Below are positions 37,472 through 50,855 of a stretch of 64,000 nucleotides of DNA, piece after piece. Location: NCBI GenBank assembly GCA_964016885.1, contig CAXHJY010001373.1:1-64000 (forward strand). The letters are read 5' to 3'. Positions within the stretch are counted from its first letter, which is position 1. Every line of letters begins with the position of its first letter. A program made the position numbers and the translations under genes. The notes under the pieces are model-generated. The model was not told the origin of the DNA, searched no databases, and saw only the letters and a program-made list of their open reading frames with translations. Origin of the DNA: Eledone cirrhosa (lineage: Eukaryota).

Positions 37472-38283
37472 GATAGGCTGTATGATGCCTGCATACGAAC
37501 AGCAATGTTACATGGCAGTGAGACTTGGGCATTGTGTGCAGAGGATATACGCAGACTGGAGAGTAACAAAGCTTGCATGCTCCGCTGGATGTGTAATAGT
37601 AATATAAGTGAACGGCAAAGCATAAACGAACTACGGGAGAAATTAGGAATAAGAGGGATCAGATGTTGTTTACTCGAGAGAAGACTACGTTGGTACGGTC
37701 ACGTGATGCACATGAAAGATGACAGCTGTATAAAAAAGTGCAGGGCGATAAAATAGACGGTAGCCACGGAATAGGCAGACCCAGAAAAACCTGGGACGAC
37801 TTGATAAATTCCGACCTCACACACTTACACCTCTCCAAGACAATGTCACTGGACTGAGATCTTTGGTGCTACACAGTAATACAGAAGACCCGCCTTGCCT
37901 AAGTACAAAGCGAAATGTACAGTCAGTAGGCACCTCTAACGAAAATACACCCCGACCCCACTACCCCCACCCCATCCACACCACCCCCTTTAATGTGAAG
38001 TTATGTTGGTACCACAACATCCAGGCCGAAACAAATGAGGTCGTGTAGGTGTCATGACAAAAAAAATACAGTCCACGCTGTAATCTGGCCGTGTAGGTAA
38101 CACGGTAAAAACCTCCCAGCCCCACACTGTAAATGTGGTTGGTGTTAGGAAGGGCATCCAGCTGTAGAAAACCCGCCAGACAGTCCTATACGAGCAAGTC
38201 AACCAATCTTGCCTCAAGTGGGAAAATTCCCGTCCAAACCCATGCAAGCGTGGAAGATGGACGTTAAACAATGATGATGATAT
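37472..38283 (+). mobile_element. 5'-truncated copy of the RTE LINE, inverted relative to 31584-32395
   Basis: RLYDACIRTAMLHGSETWALCAEDIRRLE..., plus a matching 3' UTR and (ATG)n tail. Confidence 0.92.
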
Positions 38284-38320
38284 GAGTCACATGCAATAAC
38301 TGGATTATAGCCATGTATAT

Positions 38321-38356
<36 letters not shown>

Positions 38357-38555
38357 CAGAAATAGGCATACATACATGACACAAACCTGCATACACACTT
38401 ATACTTATATGCAAGAACAAGATTATGGCTATATGTAAACATATATACACATAGACATACACATACATAAACAGGACACAACCTGCATACACACATATGC
38501 ATGCATTCACCTTCAGTAACAGGATTTTGGTCATATGTAAACATATATATACATA

Positions 38556-38811
38556 TATATAAGATCAAAAGATGGTTAAAAGAGTTCCAAGTATTTTATT
38601 ATGTGCATTTCAAAAACAGATATCATCATGGGATGATATCTGCGTTCTCATCAGATAAAATAGGGAGACATGATATGAAGCTTAAAAAACACTTGTGAGC
38701 AGTGAAGTTTTAAATCAACAGAACGCAGATATCATCCCATGATGATATTTGTTTTTGAAATGCGCATAATAAAATACTTGGAACTTTTTTAACCATCTTT
38801 TGATCTTATAT
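38556..38811. repeat. Inverted repeat (~90-bp arms, ~70-bp spacer) containing a hammerhead
   Basis: ATATAAGATCAAAAGATGG...TGCGTTCT pairs with AGAACGCAG...CCATCTTTTGATCTTATAT. Confidence 0.9.
38592..38662 (-). ncRNA. Type I hammerhead ribozyme with a long stem II
   Basis: Stem I TATTTTAT/ATAAAATA. CTGATGA. Stem II GAACGCAGATATCATC[CCAT]GATGATATCTGTTTTT. GAAA. Stem III ATG[CA]CAT. Triplet AUA. Confidence 0.8.
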
Positions 38812-39224
38812 TATTTATACTCCAGTCCTACAAACTGTAGAGTGCTACTTATCCGATATTTGCATTGCTTTGTGCTACAATAAAACTGACCTCCTACATA
38901 TATATATATATACACAAACCTATTGTTTTGGTGAAATATAATTAAGGGTTTGATATATAATTATCATTATCAACAGCCCCATCTCCATTATTGTAGTTTT
39001 ATGTCCTCTTTTTTTTCCCATGCTAACATATGGGTTGGATGAGACCTTTTGAGTCAAAATTCTATGGCTAGATGTTGCCAACCCACATTTGTATTTTATT
39101 TTGACCCTTTTGATACCAAACTGCTTGAAACTGCCCAACTGCTCCTTGGTTCTGTGATACGATACTGCTTGAAATGTTTGTATTTATCAAAAAACCTTAC
39201 ATCATAGTTTTATATAAGATCTAA

Positions 39225-39490
39225 AGTCTGTCTTAAGCCAGAAGGCTCGTTTGGCCGGTGCTTAATCCAGTTTCATGGCGTGAAGCAACTGAGAGGACAA
39301 GACCCCCCACCCTGGACAGGACGCCACTCCATCACAGAGTACAGCTGATACTCATTTTCAACTGAGTACTGGAGCAACGTGAAATGAAGTGTTTTGCCCA
39401 AGAACACAACACACAACCCAGCCCAGGAATCGAACCCATGGCATTATGATCGTAAATCCAACTTCCTTACCACTAGGCCATGCGCCACCA
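39225..39490 (-). mobile_element. tRNA-derived SINE
   Basis: Minus-strand head TGGCGCATGGCCTAGTGGTAAGG...GGTTCGATTCC. Central CTTGGGCAAAACACTTCATTTCACGTTGCTCCAGT. Confidence 0.75.
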
Positions 39491-39544
39491 AGAGATAAAA
39501 ATTATGGATAGAGTTATAGCAGAATTTATAGCAGAGAAAGAGTT

Positions 39545-40665
39545 AAATTAGATGAGATGTAGTTATGTTTTGTGCCAGGAGCACCGCAGATGCTTTCTTC
39601 CTAGTGTGAGAATTACAAGAGAAATTCCTAGACAAATATAAGCCACTATGTCCAGCTTTTGTTGACATGGAGAAAGCCTGGAAATTGGGAGTAGATGAGT
39701 AGCTTGTGGGAACAGTGCAAACCATGTACATAGGTGTGGTCAGCAAAATGAGAGTAGATAATGAGTTCAGTGTGCGGGTTGGTGTTCATCAAGGCTCAGT
39801 CTTCAGCCTCTCATGTTTACTTTAGTTCTCCAGGCCACAACTAGGGAGTTTAAGACTGGATGTCCATGGGGATTTTTGTATGCTGATTACCTGGTTCTTA
39901 TTGCTGAATCTGTGGAAGAACTAGAGAAGTATTTCCTACTGTTGAAACTGAACTTAAAATCAGAAAAATTCAGTAAAGATCAGTTTTAGAAAGTAGGGAA
40001 GACAAGACTCTTGTCTCATCATGGAAATGACAATGAACACAATGTAAAACATGGGTACGCAAGAGATATAATGGGGTTAGAGGTAGACTACATAAAAATT
40101 CTGTTGAATTTTTATGTAGGAGCTGCACAAGGTTAGTAGTAAGACCCCCATTATAATAAACCTTCTCTAATCCCAGGTAAGTTCTATAGTAGTTGATAGC
40201 TTCTGTTACCTAAATGATTGAATTTGAAAGTATAGTAGCTAGAATAAAAATAGGTTGGAAAAAACCCAGTGAACTACTGCTTCTTTTAACAAAATGTTTC
40301 TTTCTATGAATGAAAAGCCAACTGTATGATACCTGTGTACTTCGTGTGATGTTTATATGGAAGTGAAACATGGGCAGTAAATACAGAGGATATGAGGACG
40401 CTGGAGAGAAATGAAGTGAGCATACTTTGATGGATGTGTGATGCTGATATGCATAAACAGCAAAGCATGAATGACCTGAGAGAGAGAGAAAAGCTGGGTA
40501 TAAAAGGAATCTAATGTAGTGTGCAAGAGAGAAGATTGTGCTGGTATGGACATATGCATATGGATGGTGATTTCTGGGTTAAGAAGTACCAGGTGTTGTT
40601 ATTAGCAGGAAGATGTAGTAGTGGAAGGTGAAGGAAGACCTGGGCAGAAGTGGTAAGAGTTGACT
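39545..40665 (+). pseudogene. Heavily decayed RTE LINE RT region
   Basis: Remnants LQEKFL..K.KPL..AFVDMEKA, GVHQGSV, FKTGCPW..LYAD and LYGSETWA, with many stops. Confidence 0.8.
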
Positions 40666-40783
40666 TCACTGAATCTGACAGGCGATGATGAAGGACATTG
40701 TTGATAATAATGATGATTTACTATATTTGTTTTTATTTGTATTTTCTGATGTTTTCCTGATGTTGTTGATGTTGTTGTTTCAG

Positions 40784-41004
40784 ACTGTTGCCACTTCAAT
40801 CTTCGTATGGATGATATACTGTGGAGTGGTAGGCCTAGTGTTTACCATTATAAAGAGCATCAACTATAAACTTCACCACATGTTTGACACTTCGGAAGGC
40901 TTTGAAGAGGCGTTGGACAAGTTTGCTGAGAAGAATACTTCACAGACCAAAGTTGATTCCCGCCGCTCCAGTGCCAAGAGTAACCACAAGAATGGCGACA
41001 ATAG
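40784..41004 (+). CDS. PCNX: Pecanex-like protein, coding exon 2
   Basis: Acceptor TTTCAG. TVATSIFVWMIYCGVVGLVFTIIKSINYKLHHMFD is the second TM helix with the conserved K.VNY.LH..FD motif. Probable donor AG/GTTTGG, phase 2. Confidence 0.9.
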
Positions 41005-41938
41005 GTTTGGCTTCACTTTTGCTTCTGTTTCAGATATGGCAGTGGTGTGTGTGTGTATATATTGATGTGCATCTGTGTCAGGTTGTCTGTGTGTGTGTGT
41101 CTGAATGTGTATTTGTTTGTGTGTGTATGCCATAATTGTTGTTGTTCTTCTTCGTCCACTTAATTTTGGGAGGGTCGTGGGTGCAGAGTCCCCAAACACT
41201 CCTTCCAGCTGGTCCTGTTAGAAGTAACCATCTCTTTGGGGGTCTTAGGATATACAAACTTTGTGCATCCACTCCATGCCTCCCAGGACAGGTCACAGGC
41301 CTATCGCTAGTTTTTGCAGCATCAGATGGAGACTGCAATATATTTTTCAAACAAGCCCCTCTACCTAAGGTAAAAAAAAAATTACCATGTGGTATGTAAT
41401 ACCATGTAAGTTAATCGCATTAGGACCAGATTGACTTTGCTTTATGAGTTTGATAAAACTAAAACATTGGATAATGTAGTCTTAGATAATGCATTTGAAT
41501 AAAAGACAGGATGGTCACAACTAGAATGCCTTTGATCATAGATTTGAGATGAATAACAACAGATGAAAAAAATGTGGATTATCAATAGATTGTTGGATAA
41601 AATGCTTTGCAGTATTTGTTCTGGCTATTTATGTTCTGAGTCACCTTTGTCTTTCATTCTTTTAGAGTTGATAAAATAAAGTACCAGTCAAGTATTGGGG
41701 TCAATATAATCAACTTACTTTTTCTAAATTTCTGCCTTGTACTTAAATTAGAAACCACCATAATGATGAAAGTGATAATGGCATTGATGATGATGATGCT
41801 GTCCTGGCTTTTATTAAAAATAAGAAGTTTTTTTTTCATTTCTTTCCCATCTGTTTGCTTCTAAGATCCCTTGTTCTACAATTTCCTTCTTTGTTTCTCT
41901 TCTGTTTCTATCGTGTTTATCTGGTGATCCCTGTCTAG

Positions 41939-42114
41939 CAGTGATTCTGAAGAATATATCGAAATGTCAGTGATAAATCGGCCCCATAACTGTACAATCA
42001 CCCCACCAGTCCATCACAGTTCCAGAAACTCCGTCATCTTGGAGAAACAGCCAGTACATAACGATCAGAATTCCAGCCACCAAATTGATGTTCAGGATTC
42101 AAAGAATGATGCAG
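41939..42114 (+). CDS. PCNX: Pecanex-like protein, coding exon 3 (not in the ORF track)
   Basis: Pyrimidine tract and TAG acceptor. SDSEEYIEMSVINRPHNCTITPPVHHSSRNS resembles the pecanex IEM...TPP..CSSRNS motif. Phase 2 in, donor CAG/GTTAGA, phase 1 out. Confidence 0.82.
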
Positions 42115-42239
42115 GTTAGATAATTCCTTTCCTTTTTCTATCCTTTTAAATACTGCACAGAGACACATATATACATACATATAAGTATACACACATTTAC
42201 AGATATCTCTATATATATATATACACATTCACTCACACT

Positions 42240-42286
<47 letters not shown>

Positions 42287-42418
42287 AACCCATGCTAGCA
42301 TGGAAAATGGATGTTAAACGAAGATGATGATGATGATGATGTAAAAGGTAAACAAATATCAACACAAATAGTACAGTATGTGGAAGGAATATTAACGCTT
42401 GAAATAGCAGGAAGAGGG

Positions 42419-42454
42419 TCTTAACGTTTCGGACGCTAGTCCTACATCAGAAGA
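42419..42454 (-). ncRNA. Minimal Penelope-type hammerhead with a core substitution
   Basis: TCTT-CTGATGT-A-GGAC[TAGC]GTCC-GAAACGTT-AAGA. Palindromic stem III (AACGTT). The core reads CTGATGT instead of CTGATGA. Confidence 0.6.
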
Positions 42455-43029
42455 AAGAATGAGAAAATAGGAAGACCGAGGTGACTGGCAAGGCAAAATC
42501 GGAAAAAAAATTTTGAAAATTTTAATCTAAATTTAATGTAGATATAACTGCAGTTTTGGAATTAGAAGCCTTTTCTGTGAAAAGAATGAAGTGTGAGATG
42601 TAAACAATTTCAATTATTCTTCCATACACAGAACAACACGAGATAATCCTGATACATTCCAGACTGTGTCCTCATTAGAGTATAACAACAGTTAAGCTGC
42701 AAGTATAATCATAAAACTAAATAAACGTACTCAGCACATGTTGTTGAGTGATATATTTATTTTATAGTAGTTGAGACAACTGATGGGTCCAAACATGCTT
42801 GTACCCAAGTCCTTTCTATATACCAATCATTAGATAGACTTGAAAATAAACAATTTTGGTGTTGAGTTTGTCCCTGACATCATAGAACTAAAATGTGTCA
42901 TTTACAGAGAGCCAGGGGGCTTTTTTTTTTTCTTTCTTTTTTTGACACTATCTGATGATTATTGTATACAAGGGTCTTGCTGTAGACATGAACTATAAAG
43001 TTGTGGAATTGTTTATCACGGGGTCATCA

Positions 43030-43185
43030 GATGGTTGGTGTTAGGAAGGGCATCCAGCTGTAGAAAACCCGCCAGATAGTCCTATGTGAGCAAGATAATC
43101 ACTCTTGCCTCAAGTGGGAAAACCCCTGTCCAAACCCATGCAAGTGTGGAACACGGACGTTAAACGTTGATGATGATGATGATGA
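43030..43185 (+). mobile_element. RTE LINE 3' terminal fragment
   Basis: Matches 38136-38283, with a (GAT)n tail. Confidence 0.85.
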
Positions 43186-44762
43186 ATACTGAAGCGAAAT
43201 CATCAGATATGACTGAAAAATGTTCGATCACCTTCCCACTTCGATGTTTTAATTAAGCTAGTATCTTTAAGATACCAACCCAAATGAAAATAGAGTGCAC
43301 ACTAGTACGTTAAATAGTGAGAAAGACAATTTCCTCTAGGTTGAGAATTAGATTCCCTCTCCCTGGACTAATTAGTTAGTTCCTACTGTTCTATCTGCTG
43401 CCGGCAGTTTATATATACATATAAAACTAAATCTCACAAGAGACGATGAAGGGCTGTGAGGACTGGTTCTATGCTGTGCTGGTGAAGACCTGGACAACAG
43501 CATATGTGACCTGACTTATCTCCATCCCCCTCCTCCACTTACCTTCCTAGCAGCTGTCACCTCAATCACTACACATCCCCAATCCACTCCAGCCTCAAAA
43601 TCCCTTAGAAACCTGCACTATTACACCCTAGTAGCTACTCTCTTTATCCCTATGTACCCTACCCATGTCCCCTCCACTATCACTCCTTAACTACTCTCTC
43701 CATCACGATGCCTCACTTTGCCGGCATTGGTGAGGGCCATAGCCGCACCATACTGCGCTATTGACCAAACCATCCATGTCCTTCCCCACCGCCACCCACT
43801 ATTTCTGCTTTGGTGTTTTCACCACCACATCCCCTCCCGCCTATGCTAAAAAGTCACCCTTTCCCCTTCCAATACTCATCGCTCTGTTAAATCTCACCAC
43901 ACTTGCCACAACTTCATGCTTATCTTCCTTCTATTGCTGCCACTCCCCCACAGAGTAGAGAGGGTTCTTCTGTTGGAACAAGGACCAACAATCTCTTTAG
44001 CGTTGGTGGCATAGAAATGCACCCGGTACACCCTGTAAAGTGTTTGCCTTAAAAAAAAGGATTCAGAAGCCCTTTCAGTTGTCATGGGGAAACATTCTTT
44101 CCACATGATAAATGCATCAAGTATATGCTGTAAAGTGGTTGGTGATAGAAAGGGCATCCAACCACAGAAAGTTTGTCAATCAAAGGGTTGGGCAGACTCT
44201 CAGTTGTGTCAAAGACTTGACAACCTCTCTTGTGCACTTGGTAGAAAGTAAGTGGGACCATATGTAAAAGAGGTGCAGACTCCCTGGCCTGTCTTGGATG
44301 TCAATAGCCCAATTCAGTATTGTCTGGCAGGGAAAGCAGATGTTAAATGATGATGATGATTATATTTATATATAGCGTGGAAGAACAGACGTAAAACGGT
44401 GATGATGATGAAACATATATATACACACACACATACAGGGTTGGGCATAAGTTTGGAAGCAAATAAAAATGCTTTTAATAACAAAACTACTAACTCTATT
44501 AACCAGCAACATATATGTAAATATACATAAATATCTTCAGAATATAATGTACAGAATTTATTCAAAATGACCCCCTCGTGCAGCAATAACAGCCTCTAAA
44601 CCACTGTCGAACATCTTTCACCGTAGCATTTCTTGGGGAATTTCTTTCCAAGCACTCAGTAAAGATGCCTTTATCAATAAAACACCTGAGAAACCGATGA
44701 GATGCAACCTCATGGGAGGCCAGCTAAAACGTGCAGAGGTGTAAGCTGCAACAAAATAATAT

Positions 44763-44956
44763 AATTGTTTCTACTTTTGGCACAAGGCCAGCAATCATCC
44801 CAGTGCATTACTGGTACTTCACTTTATCGACCCCGTAAGGATGAAAGGCAAAGTCAACCTCGGCGGGACTTGAACTCAGATCGTAAAAGCCCGTAACTCC
44901 ATGCTGCAAACCATGGCATCCGACCCTCTAATGATACTGCCAATCCACCGCCCTAA
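44763..44956 (-). mobile_element. OK/OR-like SINE, full length
   Basis: Same as 28478-28670. Confidence 0.8.
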
Positions 44957-45519
44957 TATAATTACATATAGTTTTAATTCCTATTTCTAAATGTTGTATT
45001 TTTTGCTGCTATTCCCTGACTGAGGAGGGCAACAGTTACTGGCATCTTGACAACTTGGGTCCTTGTGTGCCAGCTTGAATACCTGATATCTAGGATTGAC
45101 CAGGTTAGTTTTCTAAGCAATAGGTAATAGAAAACAGGTGAAAATAAGTTGAAACATTTTCGAAACAATCTTCCAATTTTAGAAAGTAACCTTGTTTTGG
45201 TCTCCATTCATCCTAGGTAGCGAATTGGCAGTGTCATTAGAGCATTGGATTAAATGTATTTGTTCTGGTTCACTGCACTCTGAATTCAAATCTCACCAAG
45301 GTCGATAAAGTACCAGTCCAGAGTTGGTGGATTGACAATTGTTAATGAGTTATGTATGGTGGTTTGTGGTATTTGATATGACTTCTGTGTTCAAATCTAT
45401 CAGGAGTTACAACTGACAAATAGTATCAGCAATGGAAACTTTGTTTCCTTTGTCCAAACTGATGACCAGCTCTTTTCTTTTCCACATACCAAGAGGAAAA
45501 TATATATGAGATATGGAAG

Positions 45520-45830
45520 CATCATCATCATCATCATCATCATCATCACATTCACTTTTCCATATTTGGGTTGGATGAGTCTTCTCCACCATAACTTCTT
45601 TCTCACCTCTTGCATTTCTTTGTCATCTCTGTAAGGTTCAATATTTTGTGATCAGCTCTCAACCACAGCTTCCCAGGTTTTTCTCAGTCTTTCTTTTCCA
45701 CAGCTATTTTCTACATGGAGTTCATGGCAACAGTTGTCATCCATATGCATCACGTGTCCATTCCAGTGCAATGTTCTTTCTGGCATACTACACCTGATTG
45801 CTCTAATGCTCCAGGCACTATTAATCATGA
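45520..45830 (-). mobile_element. Decayed RTE 3' fragment
   Basis: IRAIRCSMPERTLHWNGHVMHMDD...RLRKTWEAVV, plus a (GAT)n tail. Confidence 0.7.
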
Positions 45831-47119
45831 TGTGCATGTATTTTAGCTCTACTTTTGTGTATGGAGCACTCTGTATTTATTGAGTAAATCATACATATTT
45901 GGAAATATGTATATATCATCATCATTATCATGTTTGTGTTTAATTTTCCATGCAGGCATGGGTTGAATGCAACCTTTTGTAGTAGTGTTTTATAGCTGGA
46001 TGGTCTTCTTGATATTAATCTTAGTTACCTCTCACTACATGCTGTGGTATACACGCACATGCACACACACACACAACCTACCTTTTTTTTCCTGCAAAAA
46101 CTGGGGTTAGCTATGTAGGCCTCATGGCAGGCTTCAAACTCATTATGGAGTCCTTTTTTATTCAATGTGTTTTGACCAGGTGCCCTCCTGACAGCAACCC
46201 TTTTAGTCATCTTTTAGGACATATAGGGATGTGATGTACCTATTCTAAACCTGATACATACTACACTACACACTGCACACTCACATACATATACACAGGC
46301 GCACACATTCATTTTAGAGGGTAAGAACATGATAAAATCTTGATGAATTGTTTCTGTATGACCTGTTTGTCTCTAACATCAACTGCTTCTTCACTTACAT
46401 GTCTAACACCACCTTTTGGAAATGCATGAATGCTACAATCTCCCAATAATTTTCTCCTCTCACTAACAATCAAAACACTTTATACCTACATAAGAAACAA
46501 CATATCTATAAATATATAGACATTTGTGTGTATATATATATGTATATATAGACATATATCTAAATGTGTATAAATATATGTATGTATCTATTCACTCATG
46601 TATGTGTGTTTGTACTTTTTGCATGTTCTATTAGCTGTATTTTTATACATGTTGTCTGTTGTTTTTCATTATTATTATTTATTTAAAATTTGGATTTTGA
46701 ATTATCTGAGTTTAATTTTGTCAGCAAGGAATGAAAAATTTCTTGTATAAAGAAAGAAAAAAAAATTGTTTAATGGTTTATTCTGTGATCCTTATTAACT
46801 TCGTGTTTTTGACTCCTGTGTGCAGCTTCTCTTTAAAAATACAGTTGATAATAAAGTTAATGTATTTTTGTTCAGTTAAATTCTATGTCATAATCTAAAG
46901 TTATTCCCAAAGGTTATTTTATGTTTTTTTTTGTTCAAACATGAATTCTCATAAATTAGTATTTATAAATTAGTATTTAAGATGGTGGTGGCATGTAATT
47001 ATCTTTTGAAATTTTTAAAATATTGAACATATTAATTAATTAATTACAAAAACAAACATTAATCGGCTATTAAATCTATGTACAGATTATGTATGAGGAA
47101 GCGATAGTGATAGCCTTCA

Positions 47120-48890
47120 TATTAATAGATACAGGCTATGTAAGAGGGAGCTATGATAGTTCTGTGTTACTAGGTACACACTATGTAAAGGGGAGCTCTG
47201 GTAGTCCTGTATTTCTTACTAGGTACACACTATGTAATAGGGAGCTATGGTAGTCCTGTATTACTTGGTACGGACTATATGAGGGAGCTATGGTAATCTT
47301 GCATTACTTGGTACGGACTATATAAGAGGGAGCTATGGTAATCTTGCATTACTTGGTACAGACTATATAAGAGGGACCTATGGTAATCTTGCATTACTTG
47401 GTACAGACTATATAAGAGGGACCTATGGTAATCTTGCATTACTTGGTACAGACTATATAAGAGGGACCTATGGTATTCCTGTATTACTTTGTACGGAATA
47501 TATAAGAGGGAGCTAGGGTAGTCCTGTATTATTTGGTACAAAATATATGAGGGAGCTAGGGTAGTCCTGTATTACTTGGTACGGACTATATAAGAGGGAG
47601 CTATGGTAGTGCTGTATTATTTGGTATGGACTATATAAGAGGGAGCTATGGTAGTCCTGTATTACTTGGTACGGACTATATGAGGAGCTATGGTAGTCTT
47701 GCATTACTTGGTACGGAATATATAAGAGGGAGCTATGGTAGTCCTGTATTACTTGGTACGGAATATATGGGGGAGCTATGGTATTCCTGTATTACTTGGT
47801 ACGGAATATATGGGGGAGCTATGGTAGTCCTGTATTACTTGGTACGGACTATATAAGAGGGAGCTAGGGTAGTCCTGTATTACTTGGTACGGAATATATG
47901 AGGGAGCTATGGTAGTTCTGTATTACTTGGTACAGACTATATGAGGGAGCTATGGTAGTCCTGTATTACTTGGTACGGACTATATAAGAGGGAGCTATGG
48001 TAGCCCTGTATTACTTGGTACGGAATATATAAGAGGGAGCTATGGTAGCCCTGTATTACTTGGTACAGACTATATGAGGGAGCTATGGTAGTCCTGTATT
48101 ACTTGGTACAGACTATATGAGGGAGCTATAGTAGTCCTGTATTACTTGGTACGGACTATATAAGAGGGAGCTATGGTAGCCCTGTATTACTTGGTACGGA
48201 ATATATAAGAGGGAGCTATGGTAGCCCTGTATTACTTGGTACAGACTATATGAGGGAGCTATGGTAGTCCTGTATTACTTGGTACAGACTATATGAGGGA
48301 GCTATGGTAGTCCTGTATTACTTGGTACGGACTATATGAGGAGCTATGGTAGCCCTGTATTACTTGGTACGGAATATATAAGAGGGAGCTATGGTAGCCC
48401 TGTATTACTTGGTACGGACTATATGAGGAGCTATGGTAGTCCTGTATTACTTGGTACGGACTATATAAGAGGGAGCTATGGTAGCCCTGTATTACTTGGT
48501 ACAGACTATATGAGGGAGCTATGGTAGTCCTGTATTACTTGGTACGGACTATATAAGAGGGAGCTATGGTAGCCCTGTATTACTTGGTACGGACTATATG
48601 AGGGAGCTATGGTATTTCTTACTAGGTACACACTATGTAATAGGGAGCTATGGTAGCCCTGTATTACCAGGTACACACTATGTAAGAGGGAGCTATGGTA
48701 GCCCTGTATTTCTAGCTACAGATTATGTAAGAAGGAGCTATGGTGGTCCTGTATTACTAGATACAGACTATTGAAGAGGGAACTGTTGTTAGCTCTGTAT
48801 TACTAGTTACAGATTATGTAAAAGGGAGCTATTGTAACTGTATATGCATTACTTACTAGTTACAGACTATATAGAAGGACTATAGTAGCT
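47120..48890. repeat. 41/43-bp minisatellite (about 40 units)
   Basis: Tandem TATAT(AA)GAGGGAGCTATGGTAGTCCTGTATTACTTGGTACGGAC, degenerating toward both edges. Confidence 0.95.
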
Positions 48891-49240
48891 TTCTATTTTT
48901 AAAAAACATAAATCAATGTACTGTATATACTTGTATATAAGCCAAGAAATATATAACAAAAAAATTGATGGTAAAATGGGGTTCAGCTTGTATTCAAGAT
49001 GAATATTTTTCCAATTTTTGCCAACTTCAAATTCTACGTAAAAGAGGCGCTCAAAATATTTTTGCTTTGGAGGTGAATATTACACTGGTTTCACTTAGTA
49101 GGTGAATATTACACTAGTTTCACATTGGAGGTGAAATTTGTTTTTCCTTTGATGTGTTTTGAATGAATATGGCCTTCAAAACGCCAGAAATTGGGAAAAA
49201 ATTGTCTAATGGAGTTCTGAACAAAAACTATACTGTAAAT

Positions 49241-49520
49241 CAGAGGTCCCCAACCACCGGACTGCAGACCAGTACTGGTCCGTGGATCTTTTGCTACTGG
49301 GCTGCAAAGAAATAATTAACTTGTTTAAAATTATATAATAGATAGATTGAATATTGGACTTTAATTTAAAAAGGATTGTTTTAATATTCAATATTCATAT
49401 ACTCAATACACTTTTTCTTCCCTTTAATAAATTGCTCTTTTTATTATTGCTCTCTTTATCGAAATGCAACTACTGGTCCGTGGAAAGATTGTCTGGTATA
49501 AAAAAAGGTTGGACCTGCTC
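49241..49520. mobile_element. hAT/Charlie-type (MER1-like) MITE
   Basis: Left end CAGAGGTCCCCAACC...CTGGTCCGTGG and a degenerate right end AAAAAGGTTGGACCTGCT. Confidence 0.6.
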
Positions 49521-50220
49521 TAAATGACACTTAAAACATTATAAGAATGAAAATATAAAAACTTTATAAATATATTCTCCACTGAGAGAATTTCAAAACT
49601 GTGTCATGTAAACAATGTGTTGATTAGCTACCTACCTTTATACACAGGGTTTGGATTTTGCTAATTTCTCAGACATAAAATAGGGTGTTGGCTTATATTC
49701 GAGTTTATATGGTAATTAACATTGAATATTTGCAGCAAAACTATAAAAGTTGAAAAATAATTGAGATAATCATATTTGCCTCCATTCATGCTACAATGTA
49801 ATTTTATTCTTCAATGAACTGTGTAAAACAACAAGAACAACATTATATGTGAAATTGAAAATGTTATTCCCTTAACAGCGATCCCAAAACATTTTACACT
49901 TTAGACCCTTTCATGGAATTTTTTAACCCTTTATCACCCCTCCAGGTTTGTACAAAAAGAGATATATAAATCAATGAACAGAATATAAAATAGATTATAA
50001 GGTTTGATTATATATAAATCACAAACCTATATAAGTAAGTTGAATTTTATCGTATGCATTTTTAGTGTGTGTCAGATTTTGACCCCAATATTTGATTGAC
50101 ACCCCTTTCCCCCCATGGTAGTCCCATTGGTACCTCTGCCTTAAAAGGTGTCAAACCCCGCCAAGAGTTATAATTGAAAATAATGATGTGGCAATACTTA
50201 GCTAACATCATTATTATTGT

Positions 50221-50555
50221 CCTGCCGAGGTTAACTTTGCCTTTCATCTTTACGGGGTCGATAAAATAAAGTACCAGTAATACAATGGGATAATTGTTGG
50301 CCTTGTGCCAGAAGTAGAAACAATTATTATTGTATATAGGGGCGGTTGATTGGCAGTATCAGTAGTGTCGGACAACATGCTTAGCAGCATAGAATTTAAA
50401 GCGGCCCTTTAAGTTCTGAGTTCAAATCCTGCCGAGGTTAGCTTTGTCTTTCATCCTTAAAGGGTTGATAAAATAAAGTACCACTGGGGTCGATTTAATT
50501 GGCATTCCCCTCCCCCAAAATTGTTGTCCTTGTGCTTAAATCAGAAACAATTATT
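50221..50555 (+). mobile_element. Two tandem OK/OR-like SINEs
   Basis: The SINE core occurs twice; the second copy starts TAGGGGCGGTTGATTGGCAG. Confidence 0.8.
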
Positions 50556-50650
50556 ACTATCGGAATTACTATCGGAAGGGCAGTAAATGATAGAATTTCT
50601 AAAGTAATCAGACTGAAACATTGTTATGTTCTGAATTTAATTTTCATTAA

Positions 50651-50855
50651 CCCTTTAGCATTTCTATTACTCTATATATACTATTGTATTTTCGCAGTAA
50701 GGCTTTATCTCACATAATATTGAAACTACAAGATTTTAATGTTATTTATTTTGAGAACAATACCTTAAGATTAGTATGAGTGGCCGGATACAGCTGGTTT
50801 GAACAGAAAGGTGAGAGAATTCTGGCTTGATATGGCCAGTTTAAATGCTAAACGG
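50651..50855. mobile_element. piggyBac-type MITE
   Basis: TTAA-CCCTTTAGCATTT...AAATGCTAAACGG-TTAA. Confidence 0.8.

Noticed and set aside
47120-48890. CRISPR-like regular repeat array
   Set aside because: The units are contiguous, with no unique spacers and no cas genes, in eukaryotic DNA. It is a minisatellite.
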